Assembly: GCA_031372065.1 (NCBI GenBank)
Contig: JANMKN010000126.1
Coordinates: 1 to 18,317, forward strand
DNA from: Abditibacteriaceae bacterium
Lineage (GTDB): Bacteria; Armatimonadota; Abditibacteriia; Abditibacteriales; Abditibacteriaceae
Length of the DNA: 18,317 nt
Direction: 5' to 3'
Position numbers and translations under genes: made by a program. Below the pieces are notes generated by a model. The model had not been told where the DNA came from, did not search any database, and worked only from the letters and a program-made list of their open reading frames with translations. Positions 1-7,466 of this stretch are shown piece after piece. The stretch's first letter is position 1. Every line of letters begins with the position of its first letter.

Positions 1-2
1 CC

Positions 3-128
3 GAGCGCGGAAACTTGATACCCTGCGGCGTCCCGCCGTGCTCCGAGCGCGGAAACTTTGTGCCCTGCGGCATCCCGCCATGCTCCGAGTGCGGAAAAAA
101 GATGCTCGGCGGGACGCCGGAGGCATCT
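3..128. repeat. 42-bp-unit palindromic tandem array, copy 1 (3 units visible, cut by window edge)
   Basis: Units at 3-44, 45-86 and 87-128. Each has a 14-nt linker (GAGYGCGGAAA...), a 12-nt arm ending GG, a 4-nt loop and a 12-nt arm starting CC. Same family as 6387-6596. Confidence 0.9.
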
Positions 129-260
129 TTTCTCATTAGACTGATAAGTTAATCTGCATAATCCGCTGACCAAAAGGCGCTGCGTCTCACCTTTTATAAC
201 ACGCCCGCCTCTGAAAAGAGGGCGCCGGGGGTGAGGGTCAAGCGGGGCGCCCAACACAGT

Positions 261-284
261 CTCACCGCGTAAGGTGAGTTTGTT
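261..284. terminator. short hairpin just past the DUF1552 stop; possible terminator
   Basis: CTCACC-GCGTAA-GGTGAG at 261-278, followed by TTTGTT on the + strand. It lies 8 nt beyond the minus-strand stop at 287. Confidence 0.3.
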
Positions 285-286
285 AC

Positions 287-1633
287 TTAAACCAGTCCTG
301 TCAAAGTGCCCGTTGCATCTTGGAATTTATCGCTTTCGACGCCCATTTTTTGGGCCACGGTGACGAGAACATTGGCAAGCGGCGGATGATTATCGGGGTC
401 GTGGGCGATATGTTGGCCGTGTTTGAGTCCAAAGTTTTTGCCGCCCGCGACGAGAAGTGGCAGATTTTTCGGCGAATGTTCGCCGGTTGGCCCCGAATTC
501 ATGCCGCTGCCGTAAAGAATCATCGTATTGTCCAGCATGGAGCCGCCCGCTTCTTCGGTTTGCTTCAAAAACGTCATAAAGCGCGCCAAGCGTTCGATGT
601 GGAATTGGTCAATGCGCGCCAAGCCGTCTAAATTGCCTTTATCGCCGCCGTGATGCGAAAGTTGATGATGATTTTCGCCGCCGCCGCCATAACCGCCGGC
701 TTCACGCGACCATTCGAAAGTGATAATGCGCGTGGTATCGGTTACGAAGGAGAGATAGCTCACTTCCAGCATGACATCAAGCCACATCGGGCGGTCATGG
801 CCGTTGCCGGGCTGCGAATTGAGTTGTAAATTTGCCGGGTCAACTTTGGGTTTTGGAATATCCACCCACGAAACGAGGCGCCCGACGCGTTCTTCGGTTT
901 GGCGCACGCTGCCCAGATATTCGTCCAGCTTTTCTTTGTCGCTTTTGCCCAGTTGCTTATTGAGCGTTTTGGCATCGCCCATCACACTGTCGAGAATGCT
1001 TTTCTTTTCGGCATAGCGGCGCAAAGTCGCTTCGCGGTCAGCGGCGCTTTCGGGCACAAATAATCTTTCAAACAAGCGTTGCGGCGAGTTTTCAGTCGGA
1101 AGCGGCGTGCCGGTGCGATCAAAACTCAGGGTGTGCGAATGGCCCGCCGAGCCGGTGCCGGAAGCGTCGCCCAGTTGCAACGAGGGAAAGCGCGTTTGCT
1201 TGCCGTGAACTTCGGCGATAAGTTGGTCAATCGAAACGCTGTTGGTGTAATCGGCGCCCGGCACGGCTTTGAGGTCGGCACCCGTCAGCCAAGTGTCGGC
1301 GCCGCTGTGTCCGCCTTGCGAATGCGGGTGTCCGAGGCCGCTTAATACGGAAAACTCGCCGCGCAATTCTTGCAATGGCTCCAATGTTGGGGACAGCGTG
1401 TAATTCGCGCCTTTGTCTTTGGGCAGCCAAGTGAAGATGTTTTTGCCGTTCGGCACATAGCAGCAAATCAGGCGCGGCTGCTTGCCGAGCGATTTCGCCA
1501 GCGGCTTGTATTTCGACGGCGAAGCGAAGGCGTTTTCGGGCAGCATCGCTTCCAGCACCGGCAGTGCGATAGCGGCGCCCAGCCCGCGTAGCATGGTGCG
1601 GCGCGAAATTTGTTGACGGAGAAGTGGCGTCAT
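287..1633 (-). CDS. DUF1552 domain-containing protein with twin-arginine-like N-terminus
   Basis: N-terminus ISRRTMLRGLGAAIALPVLEAM. Motifs YVPNG, SIDQLIA, FPSLQLG, SPQRLFERLF, SILD, LDEYLGSVR, HHQLSHH, LYGSGM and NLPLLVAGG are typical of the family. Start moved to ATG 1633, which has SD GAGGA upstream. Confidence 0.88.
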   Translation of the reverse strand: MTPLLRQQISRRTMLRGLGAAIALPVLEAMLPENAFASPSKYKPLAKSLGKQPRLICCYVPNGKNIFTWLPKDKGANYTLSPTLEPLQELRGEFSVLSGLGHPHSQGGHSGADTWLTGADLKAVPGADYTNSVSIDQLIAEVHGKQTRFPSLQLGDASGTGSAGHSHTLSFDRTGTPLPTENSPQRLFERLFVPESAADREATLRRYAEKKSILDSVMGDAKTLNKQLGKSDKEKLDEYLGSVRQTEERVGRLVSWVDIPKPKVDPANLQLNSQPGNGHDRPMWLDVMLEVSYLSFVTDTTRIITFEWSREAGGYGGGGENHHQLSHHGGDKGNLDGLARIDQFHIERLARFMTFLKQTEEAGGSMLDNTMILYGSGMNSGPTGEHSPKNLPLLVAGGKNFGLKHGQHIAHDPDNHPPLANVLVTVAQKMGVESDKFQDATGTLTGLV

Positions 1634-1643
1634 GGTGATTTCC

Positions 1644-2114
1644 TCAAATTCTTTCACATTTGGCAAAAGTTGGCCGATAACGCCAACTTACGAAAGCAAG
1701 CAAAAAAGCCCATAGAAGGGGTGGAGCGAACAAAGGCATCATCGCCAATAATTTTTCAGTTCCTCTATTATTCAAATAAAGCAAGTAGGCAAAAGGCGCA
1801 CCGACTAAAATGCCACCGCAAACACCGACTTGTCTTACCTCAGCAAATAATCGACTCTTCACAAGGTTGACTACGGAGCCGGTGCAAAATCCCAATATGA
1901 AACCGGCTGGCGCCTGAAAGGCAATCACGCTGACATAAAGAATTTCCGGCACTCCCTCAAAAGGCTCAAGTAGAATCCACTTTTTCACATAATCGGAGTC
2001 CCGAAAATAAAACAAAAGCAGATGGTAGAGCGAAATCGTAAATAGCGGCAAGCCTATAGCACCCAAAGGGGCACCAAGCAGCCACAGATATTGCTTAGCA
2101 ATGCGTTTTTTCAA
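1644..2114 (-). CDS. hypothetical integral membrane protein (~4 TM)
   Basis: Four hydrophobic segments. TTG start at 2114 is preceded by AAGAGG. Its TGA stop overlaps the SD of the DUF1552 gene. More AT-rich than neighbouring genes. Confidence 0.7.
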   Translation of the reverse strand: MKKRIAKQYLWLLGAPLGAIGLPLFTISLYHLLLFYFRDSDYVKKWILLEPFEGVPEILYVSVIAFQAPAGFILGFCTGSVVNLVKSRLFAEVRQVGVCGGILVGAPFAYLLYLNNRGTEKLLAMMPLFAPPLLWAFLLAFVSWRYRPTFAKCERI

Positions 2115-2208
2115 TACAACCTCTTTTCCTAATGGAAATGACTCACTTCGTGCGAAACGCTTTCGATCCAACGACGAAGCGAATCAGGGAGCGCGGCGTG
2201 CCTTGCTT

Positions 2209-2658
2209 TTAGCCGCCGCTGCCAAAATACTCATCGCCGCTCATAAGGCGCACGTTGCAATAGCTTTTGATAAGCGCGAAGTCTTTAACGTTATCGGAAA
2301 CAATCGTCACGCTGGCTCGCCGGGCAGTGCGAGCAATCAGCACATCGTTGGTGATGCGGTATTTTTCATCAGCGAGCAACTTGGGCGTGGTGCCGCCACT
2401 GTGCGACTTCCGCTGTCGTTGCAAGCGATTGATAATGCGCCCCACTTCCCACCAATCGTCGGCATTAGGCACCAACAACCGTCCGGCCTTTTCAAATTCC
2501 CGCCGCACAGTGCCCAACAGCTTCATGTCGGTTTCGTCCTGCGCTCCTACCATCAGCTCTTGTAACACCACCACCGAAAGATAAAAGCTGTCAGGAAATT
2601 CATCGAACGGCGGCTTGCGGGAAATGAAAATGTTGGTGTCAAACGTGATGCTGGACAT
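2209..2658 (-). CDS. vapC: PIN-domain ribonuclease, VapC-type toxin
   Basis: 149 aa with the PIN acidic motifs ITFDTNIFI, VVLQEL, TNDVLIARTA and IVSDNVKDF. Confidence 0.88.
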   Translation of the reverse strand: MSSITFDTNIFISRKPPFDEFPDSFYLSVVVLQELMVGAQDETDMKLLGTVRREFEKAGRLLVPNADDWWEVGRIINRLQRQRKSHSGGTTPKLLADEKYRITNDVLIARTARRASVTIVSDNVKDFALIKSYCNVRLMSGDEYFGSGG

Positions 2659-2664
2659 GATCGC

Positions 2665-2868
2665 TTAGGAACTTTCGCCATTCCGTTCAGCGATGCGCTT
2701 CCATACTTTTAAAAGCGCCTTGCCGCCTTTCGCGGCGTGTTCAGCTTGCGCGTTTTCGGCAATGCGCTCATTTTTCTCAGGACTTTTCATCGTGCCGTTG
2801 GATGTAATCCGGCTCGTTGTCTTATCGCTTGTTCTACTGGTGGATTTTGTTGTTTTGGTTGACATCAC
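2665..2868 (-). CDS. small basic protein, putative antitoxin of the PIN toxin
   Basis: 66-67 aa ORF (GTG 2868 or ATG 2865) ending 6 nt upstream of the PIN start. It fills the intergenic space. No recognisable antitoxin fold, so the call is positional. Confidence 0.55.
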   Translation of the reverse strand: MMSTKTTKSTSRTSDKTTSRITSNGTMKSPEKNERIAENAQAEHAAKGGKALLKVWKRIAERNGESS

Positions 2869-2904
2869 TTGGCTCTTTGTTTTTCAGGTTTCTGCTGTTT
2901 AGTT

Positions 2905-4107
2905 TTACATCGGCGGAGTGCCGGGAAACGGCATTGGCGGCATGGCGCCCATGATTTGATCAAACATTTTGTTGATGTCTTCCATTGGTTTGCGTTTGTA
3001 GCCCGCAGGCGCGTCCCAAATGTGAGTGGGCAAACTATCAACACCACGACGCACTAATTTCATTTCGATGCGCAGATTCTCGTTTTTGGCGGCCATTCCC
3101 GCAGGCGGTTCGATGGTGAGCGCGCCATAAAGTGGCATATGGGAGTGCTGGAATTCGGGCGAATCTTCGGGTGTGTCGAGCGGCGGCATCATGGTGTAGG
3201 CCGCACTGTGCAATTCTTCGGGCAGCATTTCCCACATAACCCACGGCATTTCGTTCATCCACATGGAACTGCTGCGTTGGCGATCACGCCCGACAGTTTT
3301 TATCGCGGCAGAATGGAGTTGGCCGAAAACTTCGTCGCCGGGCAATTCGCCTGCAATCCACCATTCCATCGTAACGCGCGCCCATTTTCCACTGCCGGTA
3401 AACGAAGGTTCCGTATTCAACAAAGCGGTGAAGCGATAGCCTTGACCTTCCACGCCATCGAAGGTGCGCTTTTCAGACAACGGACGAAAATAGGTTTTCA
3501 TCATCGTTTTCATAAAAGGCATGATGACAGCGCGCACTTCGGCTCCCAAACGCGCCCGCTGCTCTGGCGTGAACGAGGGCGGCGCTTCTTTCGACAATTT
3601 CGGCGCCAGTTTGCGCCACGGATCAAGGCGCGATTTCTCCAACAAATCCTTGAAGTTTTCCTCCACATAATCCTTGGTGAGAGAAGAGTAACTGATAAAT
3701 TTCTGGTCGTCGAATCGCTGCACGATAGTCATGCTGCCAACCAGCGGATTAACGGGCATTTCTTCCTTAGCTGGGGCCTTCATTTGCTTCAATTTCGGCC
3801 CGCCCTTAAGGGGAGCAAAAGTTTCCATTGGCATGGACGACCCCACCGGCGCGCCCATACCGGGAAATCCCGGAGGCATCCCGTTTGGCAAGGTTCCCAG
3901 CGCATTAGTGGCATCGTATTTGAACAGCAAGCGCATACGATCCGGGGTTACGTTGGTGAAGGTTTTGAACTTCACAAGAGCTTTTGGGGAATTGCCAAAA
4001 TGCACGCTACCCGAATGCTCCCAAGTCACATCAGCGCGAGCGATGCTGCTTGTTACAGCAAGAGCCGCCAGCGTCGTCAGCAAAACCATCTGCTTGACAG
4101 GTTTCAT
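2905..4107 (-). CDS. secreted hypothetical protein (C-terminus DUF4412-like)
   Basis: SD AAAGGA before ATG 4107. Sec signal peptide MKPVKQMVLLTTLAALAVTSSIARA|D. C-terminal WDAPAGYK resembles the F-x-x-P-x-G-Y-K motif. Met/Pro-rich linkers. Confidence 0.75.
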   Translation of the reverse strand: MKPVKQMVLLTTLAALAVTSSIARADVTWEHSGSVHFGNSPKALVKFKTFTNVTPDRMRLLFKYDATNALGTLPNGMPPGFPGMGAPVGSSMPMETFAPLKGGPKLKQMKAPAKEEMPVNPLVGSMTIVQRFDDQKFISYSSLTKDYVEENFKDLLEKSRLDPWRKLAPKLSKEAPPSFTPEQRARLGAEVRAVIMPFMKTMMKTYFRPLSEKRTFDGVEGQGYRFTALLNTEPSFTGSGKWARVTMEWWIAGELPGDEVFGQLHSAAIKTVGRDRQRSSSMWMNEMPWVMWEMLPEELHSAAYTMMPPLDTPEDSPEFQHSHMPLYGALTIEPPAGMAAKNENLRIEMKLVRRGVDSLPTHIWDAPAGYKRKPMEDINKMFDQIMGAMPPMPFPGTPPM

Positions 4108-4130
4108 AATTTCCTTTCGTTTCCACAAAA

Positions 4131-4172
4131 ATTATAACCGTTCGGGCAATTCTTTATCGCACGCTTTATACT
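4131..4172. promoter_or_regulatory. divergent promoter region with two -10 hexamers
   Basis: TATAAT on the minus strand (4136-4131) and TATACT on the plus strand (4167-4172), the latter 6 nt before ATG 4179. No clear -35 boxes. Confidence 0.5.
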
Positions 4173-4178
4173 GCAATC

Positions 4179-4736
4179 ATGCTCGCCCCTGCCCCAGCGA
4201 AAACATCTTTGGCCCGCGATGACTGTGAAATGCTCACCCGCTTTAATTTACCACGCGCTTCTGTCATAATTCGGCCTCTGCAAAAGGCCGATAACCATGC
4301 GCTCGAATGGCATGGAGGCGACGATTTGCGCAGTTTCTATGAACGCCAGTGGATGGCGCATGAAATCGGCGAGGCCATTGTATTGATAGCCGACTTTAAT
4401 GGTTTTCCCATCGGCCAAACCGCGATTTATTGGGAAGGCAAACCGGCACATCCGCGCATTCCCGATTTGCAATCGCTGCGTGTGCATCCGATGTTTCATG
4501 GTCAGGGCATCGGCACACATCTTCTCAATGCTGGTGCTCAAGTGGTGAAAGAACGCGGCTTTCATCAAATTGGACTTTCGGTCAACCCTGAAAATCTGCG
4601 TGCGCATCATCTTTACGCCCGCTGCGGCTATCGCGTGATGACCGAACCCTACGAAGCCTCGTGGCAATACACCAATGCTGTCGGACAAATCGTTGTCGTG
4701 ACTGAAATCATCCTTGATATGGTGAAGGAGGTGTGA
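4179..4736 (+). CDS. GNAT family N-acetyltransferase
   Basis: Acetyl-CoA motif A LRVHPMFHGQGIGTHLL and motif B LSVNPENLRAHHLYARCGY. Alternative start at ATG 4230. Confidence 0.88.
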   Translation: MLAPAPAKTSLARDDCEMLTRFNLPRASVIIRPLQKADNHALEWHGGDDLRSFYERQWMAHEIGEAIVLIADFNGFPIGQTAIYWEGKPAHPRIPDLQSLRVHPMFHGQGIGTHLLNAGAQVVKERGFHQIGLSVNPENLRAHHLYARCGYRVMTEPYEASWQYTNAVGQIVVVTEIILDMVKEV

Positions 4737-4775
4737 AAAGTGAAAAGTCTTAGGCAGTTACTTTTCACTCTTCAC
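4733..4775. repeat. AGTGAAA-heptamer inverted repeat (hairpin)
   Basis: GTGAAAAGTGAAAAGT ... ACTTTTCACTCTTCAC forms a 16-bp stem with 1 mismatch, overlapping the GNAT stop. Confidence 0.75.
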
Positions 4776-4794
4776 TAACGAATCACTCAAAACC

Positions 4795-6063
4795 ATGCCT
4801 GCTGCCCTCACAATCGCTGCTCTTGACAAGTTATCCACTTATGAAGCGGTTAATTCGATGTTTGATCGAGCGGCTGATCTGATAGATTTGCCTGTAGCCG
4901 AGCGCACCATTTTGAAGCGTCCCTTTCGCGAAGTGAAAGTGGAACTGCCGCTCAAAATGGACAGCGGCGAATGGCGCGTTTTCAATGGCTATCGCGTGCA
5001 GCATGATAATTCGCGTGGCCCCTGCAAAGGCGGTTTGCGCTATCACCCTTCAGTAGACGAGGACGAATCGCGCGCCTTAGCTTCGCTGATGACATGGAAA
5101 ACCGCGCTGGTAGATGTGCCTTTTGGTGGTGCCAAAGGCGGCATTTCGTGTGAACCACACGCGATGAGCAGCGATGAACGCCAAAAACTCACGCGCGCCT
5201 TTGTCCGCGCCATTGACGATTTCATCGGGCCGCACACAGACATTCCCGCGCCGGATATGAATACGTCGGCGCAAACAATGGCGTGGGTGATGGACGAATA
5301 CTCGGCGCGTCACGGCCACACTCCCGCTGTGGTCACGGGCAAACCCGTGCATCTGGGCGGCAGTTTCGGACGCGAAGATGCCACCGGGCGCGGCGTCACC
5401 ACGATTACCAAAGCGGCAGCGCGCGCTTTCGATATTACCTTGCGCGATGCCCGCGTCGTATTACAGGGTTTTGGCAACGTGGGCAGCCATACAGCGCGCC
5501 TGCTGCACGAAGTAGGCGCCAAAATCATTGCCGTCGCCGACGCACATGGCGCGATTTTTAACGCCGACGGCCTCAATATTCCCGCTTTGATGGTGCACGT
5601 CGCCGCGCACGGCAAAGTTTTGGAATTTCCGGGCGCACAAGCGATTTGTGCTGGTCAACTTTTTGAAATCGAATGCGAAATTCTGATTCCTGCCGCGCTG
5701 GGCGGCGTTATTGACGGCGAAGTCGCGTCCAAAGTGAAAACACAATTAATTATCGAAGCCGCCAACGCGCCCGTCACGGCTGGCGGCGCGGCGATTTTGG
5801 AAGAACGCCAAATTCCCACCGTGCCCGACATTTTAGCCAATGCTGGCGGCGTGGTTGTTTCGTATTTCGAATGGACGCAAAACCTCACCGAATTTCGCTG
5901 GAAAGAAGACCGCGTTCACGCCGAACTCGAAGAAATCATGCTGCGCGCCTTTGGTGAAACCCTGCACGTCGCCGAACAGCGCAAAATTGATTTGCGCACC
6001 GCCGCTTATGTCCTCTCCATCGGCCACGTCGCCGCCGCGACACGACTGCGTTGGATGCAGTAA
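4795..6063 (+). CDS. gdhA: glutamate dehydrogenase (Glu/Leu/Phe/Val dehydrogenase family)
   Basis: Motifs GYRVQH, RGPCKGGLRYHP, GGAKGG, DIPAPD, VVTGKP, GGSFGREDATGRG, QGFGNVG and PDILANAGGVVVSYFEW. Confidence 0.95.
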   Translation: MPAALTIAALDKLSTYEAVNSMFDRAADLIDLPVAERTILKRPFREVKVELPLKMDSGEWRVFNGYRVQHDNSRGPCKGGLRYHPSVDEDESRALASLMTWKTALVDVPFGGAKGGISCEPHAMSSDERQKLTRAFVRAIDDFIGPHTDIPAPDMNTSAQTMAWVMDEYSARHGHTPAVVTGKPVHLGGSFGREDATGRGVTTITKAAARAFDITLRDARVVLQGFGNVGSHTARLLHEVGAKIIAVADAHGAIFNADGLNIPALMVHVAAHGKVLEFPGAQAICAGQLFEIECEILIPAALGGVIDGEVASKVKTQLIIEAANAPVTAGGAAILEERQIPTVPDILANAGGVVVSYFEWTQNLTEFRWKEDRVHAELEEIMLRAFGETLHVAEQRKIDLRTAAYVLSIGHVAAATRLRWMQ

Positions 6064-6176
6064 ACGGAAATAGGAAACACTTCAAGTCCTTGACGGACAA
6101 AGAAACCTATTTTCGTCGTGACAATATCTCGTATCACCGGAAATATATGTCTATCTAATGTGTGACTCTTTTTAGG

Positions 6177-6206
6177 TTGTTCCACCAGAAGAAAACTCGA
6201 TAGAAT
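6177..6206 (+). promoter_or_regulatory. putative sigma70-type promoter upstream of the transposase-like stub
   Basis: TTGTTC-N18-TAGAAT, then SD AAGGAG at 6229-6234 and ATG at 6244. Confidence 0.4.
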
Positions 6207-6243
6207 GCGGATTAGCCAATCTTCATTCAAGGAGCTTTTACTG

Positions 6244-6309
6244 ATGGAACGAGATGATTTTATCATTGTGGTTTACCTGTTGGTTTGTGACCTGTGTCAA
6301 GAGTTTTTG
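6244..6309 (+). pseudogene. N-terminal stub resembling an IS982-family transposase
   Basis: MERDDFIIVVYLLVCDLCQEF resembles the 'FII.VY.L.DD' start of IS982 transposases as I recall it. It has a strong SD. The frame then runs into the repeat array and stops at 6402. Confidence 0.45.
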
Positions 6310-6314
6310 CGCCG

Positions 6315-6597
6315 AAGATGCCCTCCGGCGTCCCGACCACCTCGCTTTTTCCGCACTCGGAGCACTCTGGCGTCCCACGGGGCATTGAGCGCGGAAACTT
6401 GATACCCCTTGGGATGCCAAGGGGTATCGAGCGCCGAAACTTGATACCCCTTGGGACCCCACCGGGTATCGAGCGCCGAAACTTGGTGCTACGTGGCATC
6501 CCACAGGGTATCGAGCGCCGAAAAAAGATACCCCGTGGCACCCCACGGTGCTCCGAGCGCGGAAAAAAGATGCTCCGTGGGACGCCGCAGGCATCTT
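6315..6597. repeat. 42-bp-unit palindromic tandem array, copy 2, with ~50-bp imperfect terminal inverted repeats (REP/BIME- or MITE-like)
   Basis: Direct units at 6387, 6429, 6471, 6513 and 6555, exactly 42 bp apart. Unit 1 contains the perfect hairpin GATACCCCTTGG-GATG-CCAAGGGGTATC. 6315-6365 is an inverted copy of 6548-6597. Confidence 0.92.
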
Positions 6598-6761
6598 TTC
6601 TCATTAGACTGATAAGTCCAACTGCCTAATCCATTTTACAACGCGCCCGCTCTCTGACAAGAGGCCGCTACCCCTATTTTTCGCTGGCATTCTGCGAATC
6701 TGTCTCCGCGATACTTCATGGCACGCGTTAATGTTAAACTCATTGGACGATTGCGGAGGGT

Positions 6762-7412
6762 ATGATGCGCTATCTGATATTGCTTCTCTTGTTGATGTCC
6801 TGTGCGATGACGTGTAGTTTGGCGTCGGCAGATTCAGAACTTGGACCAACTGAATACACAAAGTCATCCAAAGACAAAAAATACGTCTTTGTTATGTTAG
6901 CGCCAGCCAAGTGGCGCCAATTTGGGAAATTACATTATAAATACCCGAAATCCGGTTTGTATCTGAACAATGGCTCGCGGACACCTCTATGGACTGTCGA
7001 CTGGTATGAATTCGACGTTGAGATCTCGTCAGACGGGCAATATTTGGTAAGGTGGGGAACTTGGCCCCGCTTCGGGGACAAGTATGAAACTTTAGCGCTT
7101 GCGTTTTATAACAATGGCAAGCTCATCAGACAATATCGGGTCAAAGATTTAGTAGCGAATCCGAAATATTTACCGTTCAGCATCAGTCATTACCAATGGC
7201 TGAGAGATAAAAGCTTTAACGATAAGAACAAGCGTTTAACGGTTGTAACTTACAAGGGATGGGGTTCGCCCGGCTCGGAATACAAAGCGGGGAAAAAGTA
7301 TATTTTTGATATTAAGTCAGGCAAAGTTACTAATGGTAGCTTGCCCTACCACCGCAGGCTACGAACGCAAGCTAACAAGAGACTATGTTGGCAAGGGGTT
7401 TCTTTTGGGTGA
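6762..7412 (+). CDS. secreted hypothetical protein
   Basis: SD GGAGG; signal peptide MRYLILLLLLMSCAMTCSLASA|D; beta-rich mature part (VEISSDGQYLVRW); lower GC than flanks. Confidence 0.75.
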   Translation: MMRYLILLLLLMSCAMTCSLASADSELGPTEYTKSSKDKKYVFVMLAPAKWRQFGKLHYKYPKSGLYLNNGSRTPLWTVDWYEFDVEISSDGQYLVRWGTWPRFGDKYETLALAFYNNGKLIRQYRVKDLVANPKYLPFSISHYQWLRDKSFNDKNKRLTVVTYKGWGSPGSEYKAGKKYIFDIKSGKVTNGSLPYHRRLRTQANKRLCWQGVSFG

Positions 7413-7466
7413 TTCGTTTTGAGTTGTGACACAGCCCAAGAGCGACGAAATGGATTAAGCACTTTC

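Noticed and set aside
3139..4137. 332-aa plus-strand ORF
   Set aside because: Antisense shadow of the secreted-protein gene, which has the SD and signal peptide.
150..6314. Composite transposon bounded by the two arrays
   Set aside because: No intact transposase or visible target duplication, and the cargo includes housekeeping gdhA. Independent copies of a dispersed repeat are the simpler explanation.
6387..6596. CRISPR or guide-RNA array interpretation of the 42-bp repeats
   Set aside because: There are no unique spacers. Variation is scattered point change within homologous hairpin arms, and no cas or nuclease gene is adjacent.
6238..6629. ORFs of 111-118 aa across the array on both strands
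   Set aside because: They stay open because the unit is 42 bp and GC-rich. Three overlapping frames are equally open and none has a clear SD.
6201..6639. Outer inverted repeat (GGATTAG at 6209-6215 vs CTAATCC at 6627-6633)
   Set aside because: Only about 7 bp match exactly, too weak to define element ends without more copies.
6733..7392. Integron cassette signature (GTTAAAC upstream, GCTAAC near the 3' end)
   Set aside because: No proper RYYYAAC...GTTRRRY attC hairpin after the gene and no integrase. Such short motifs are expected by chance.
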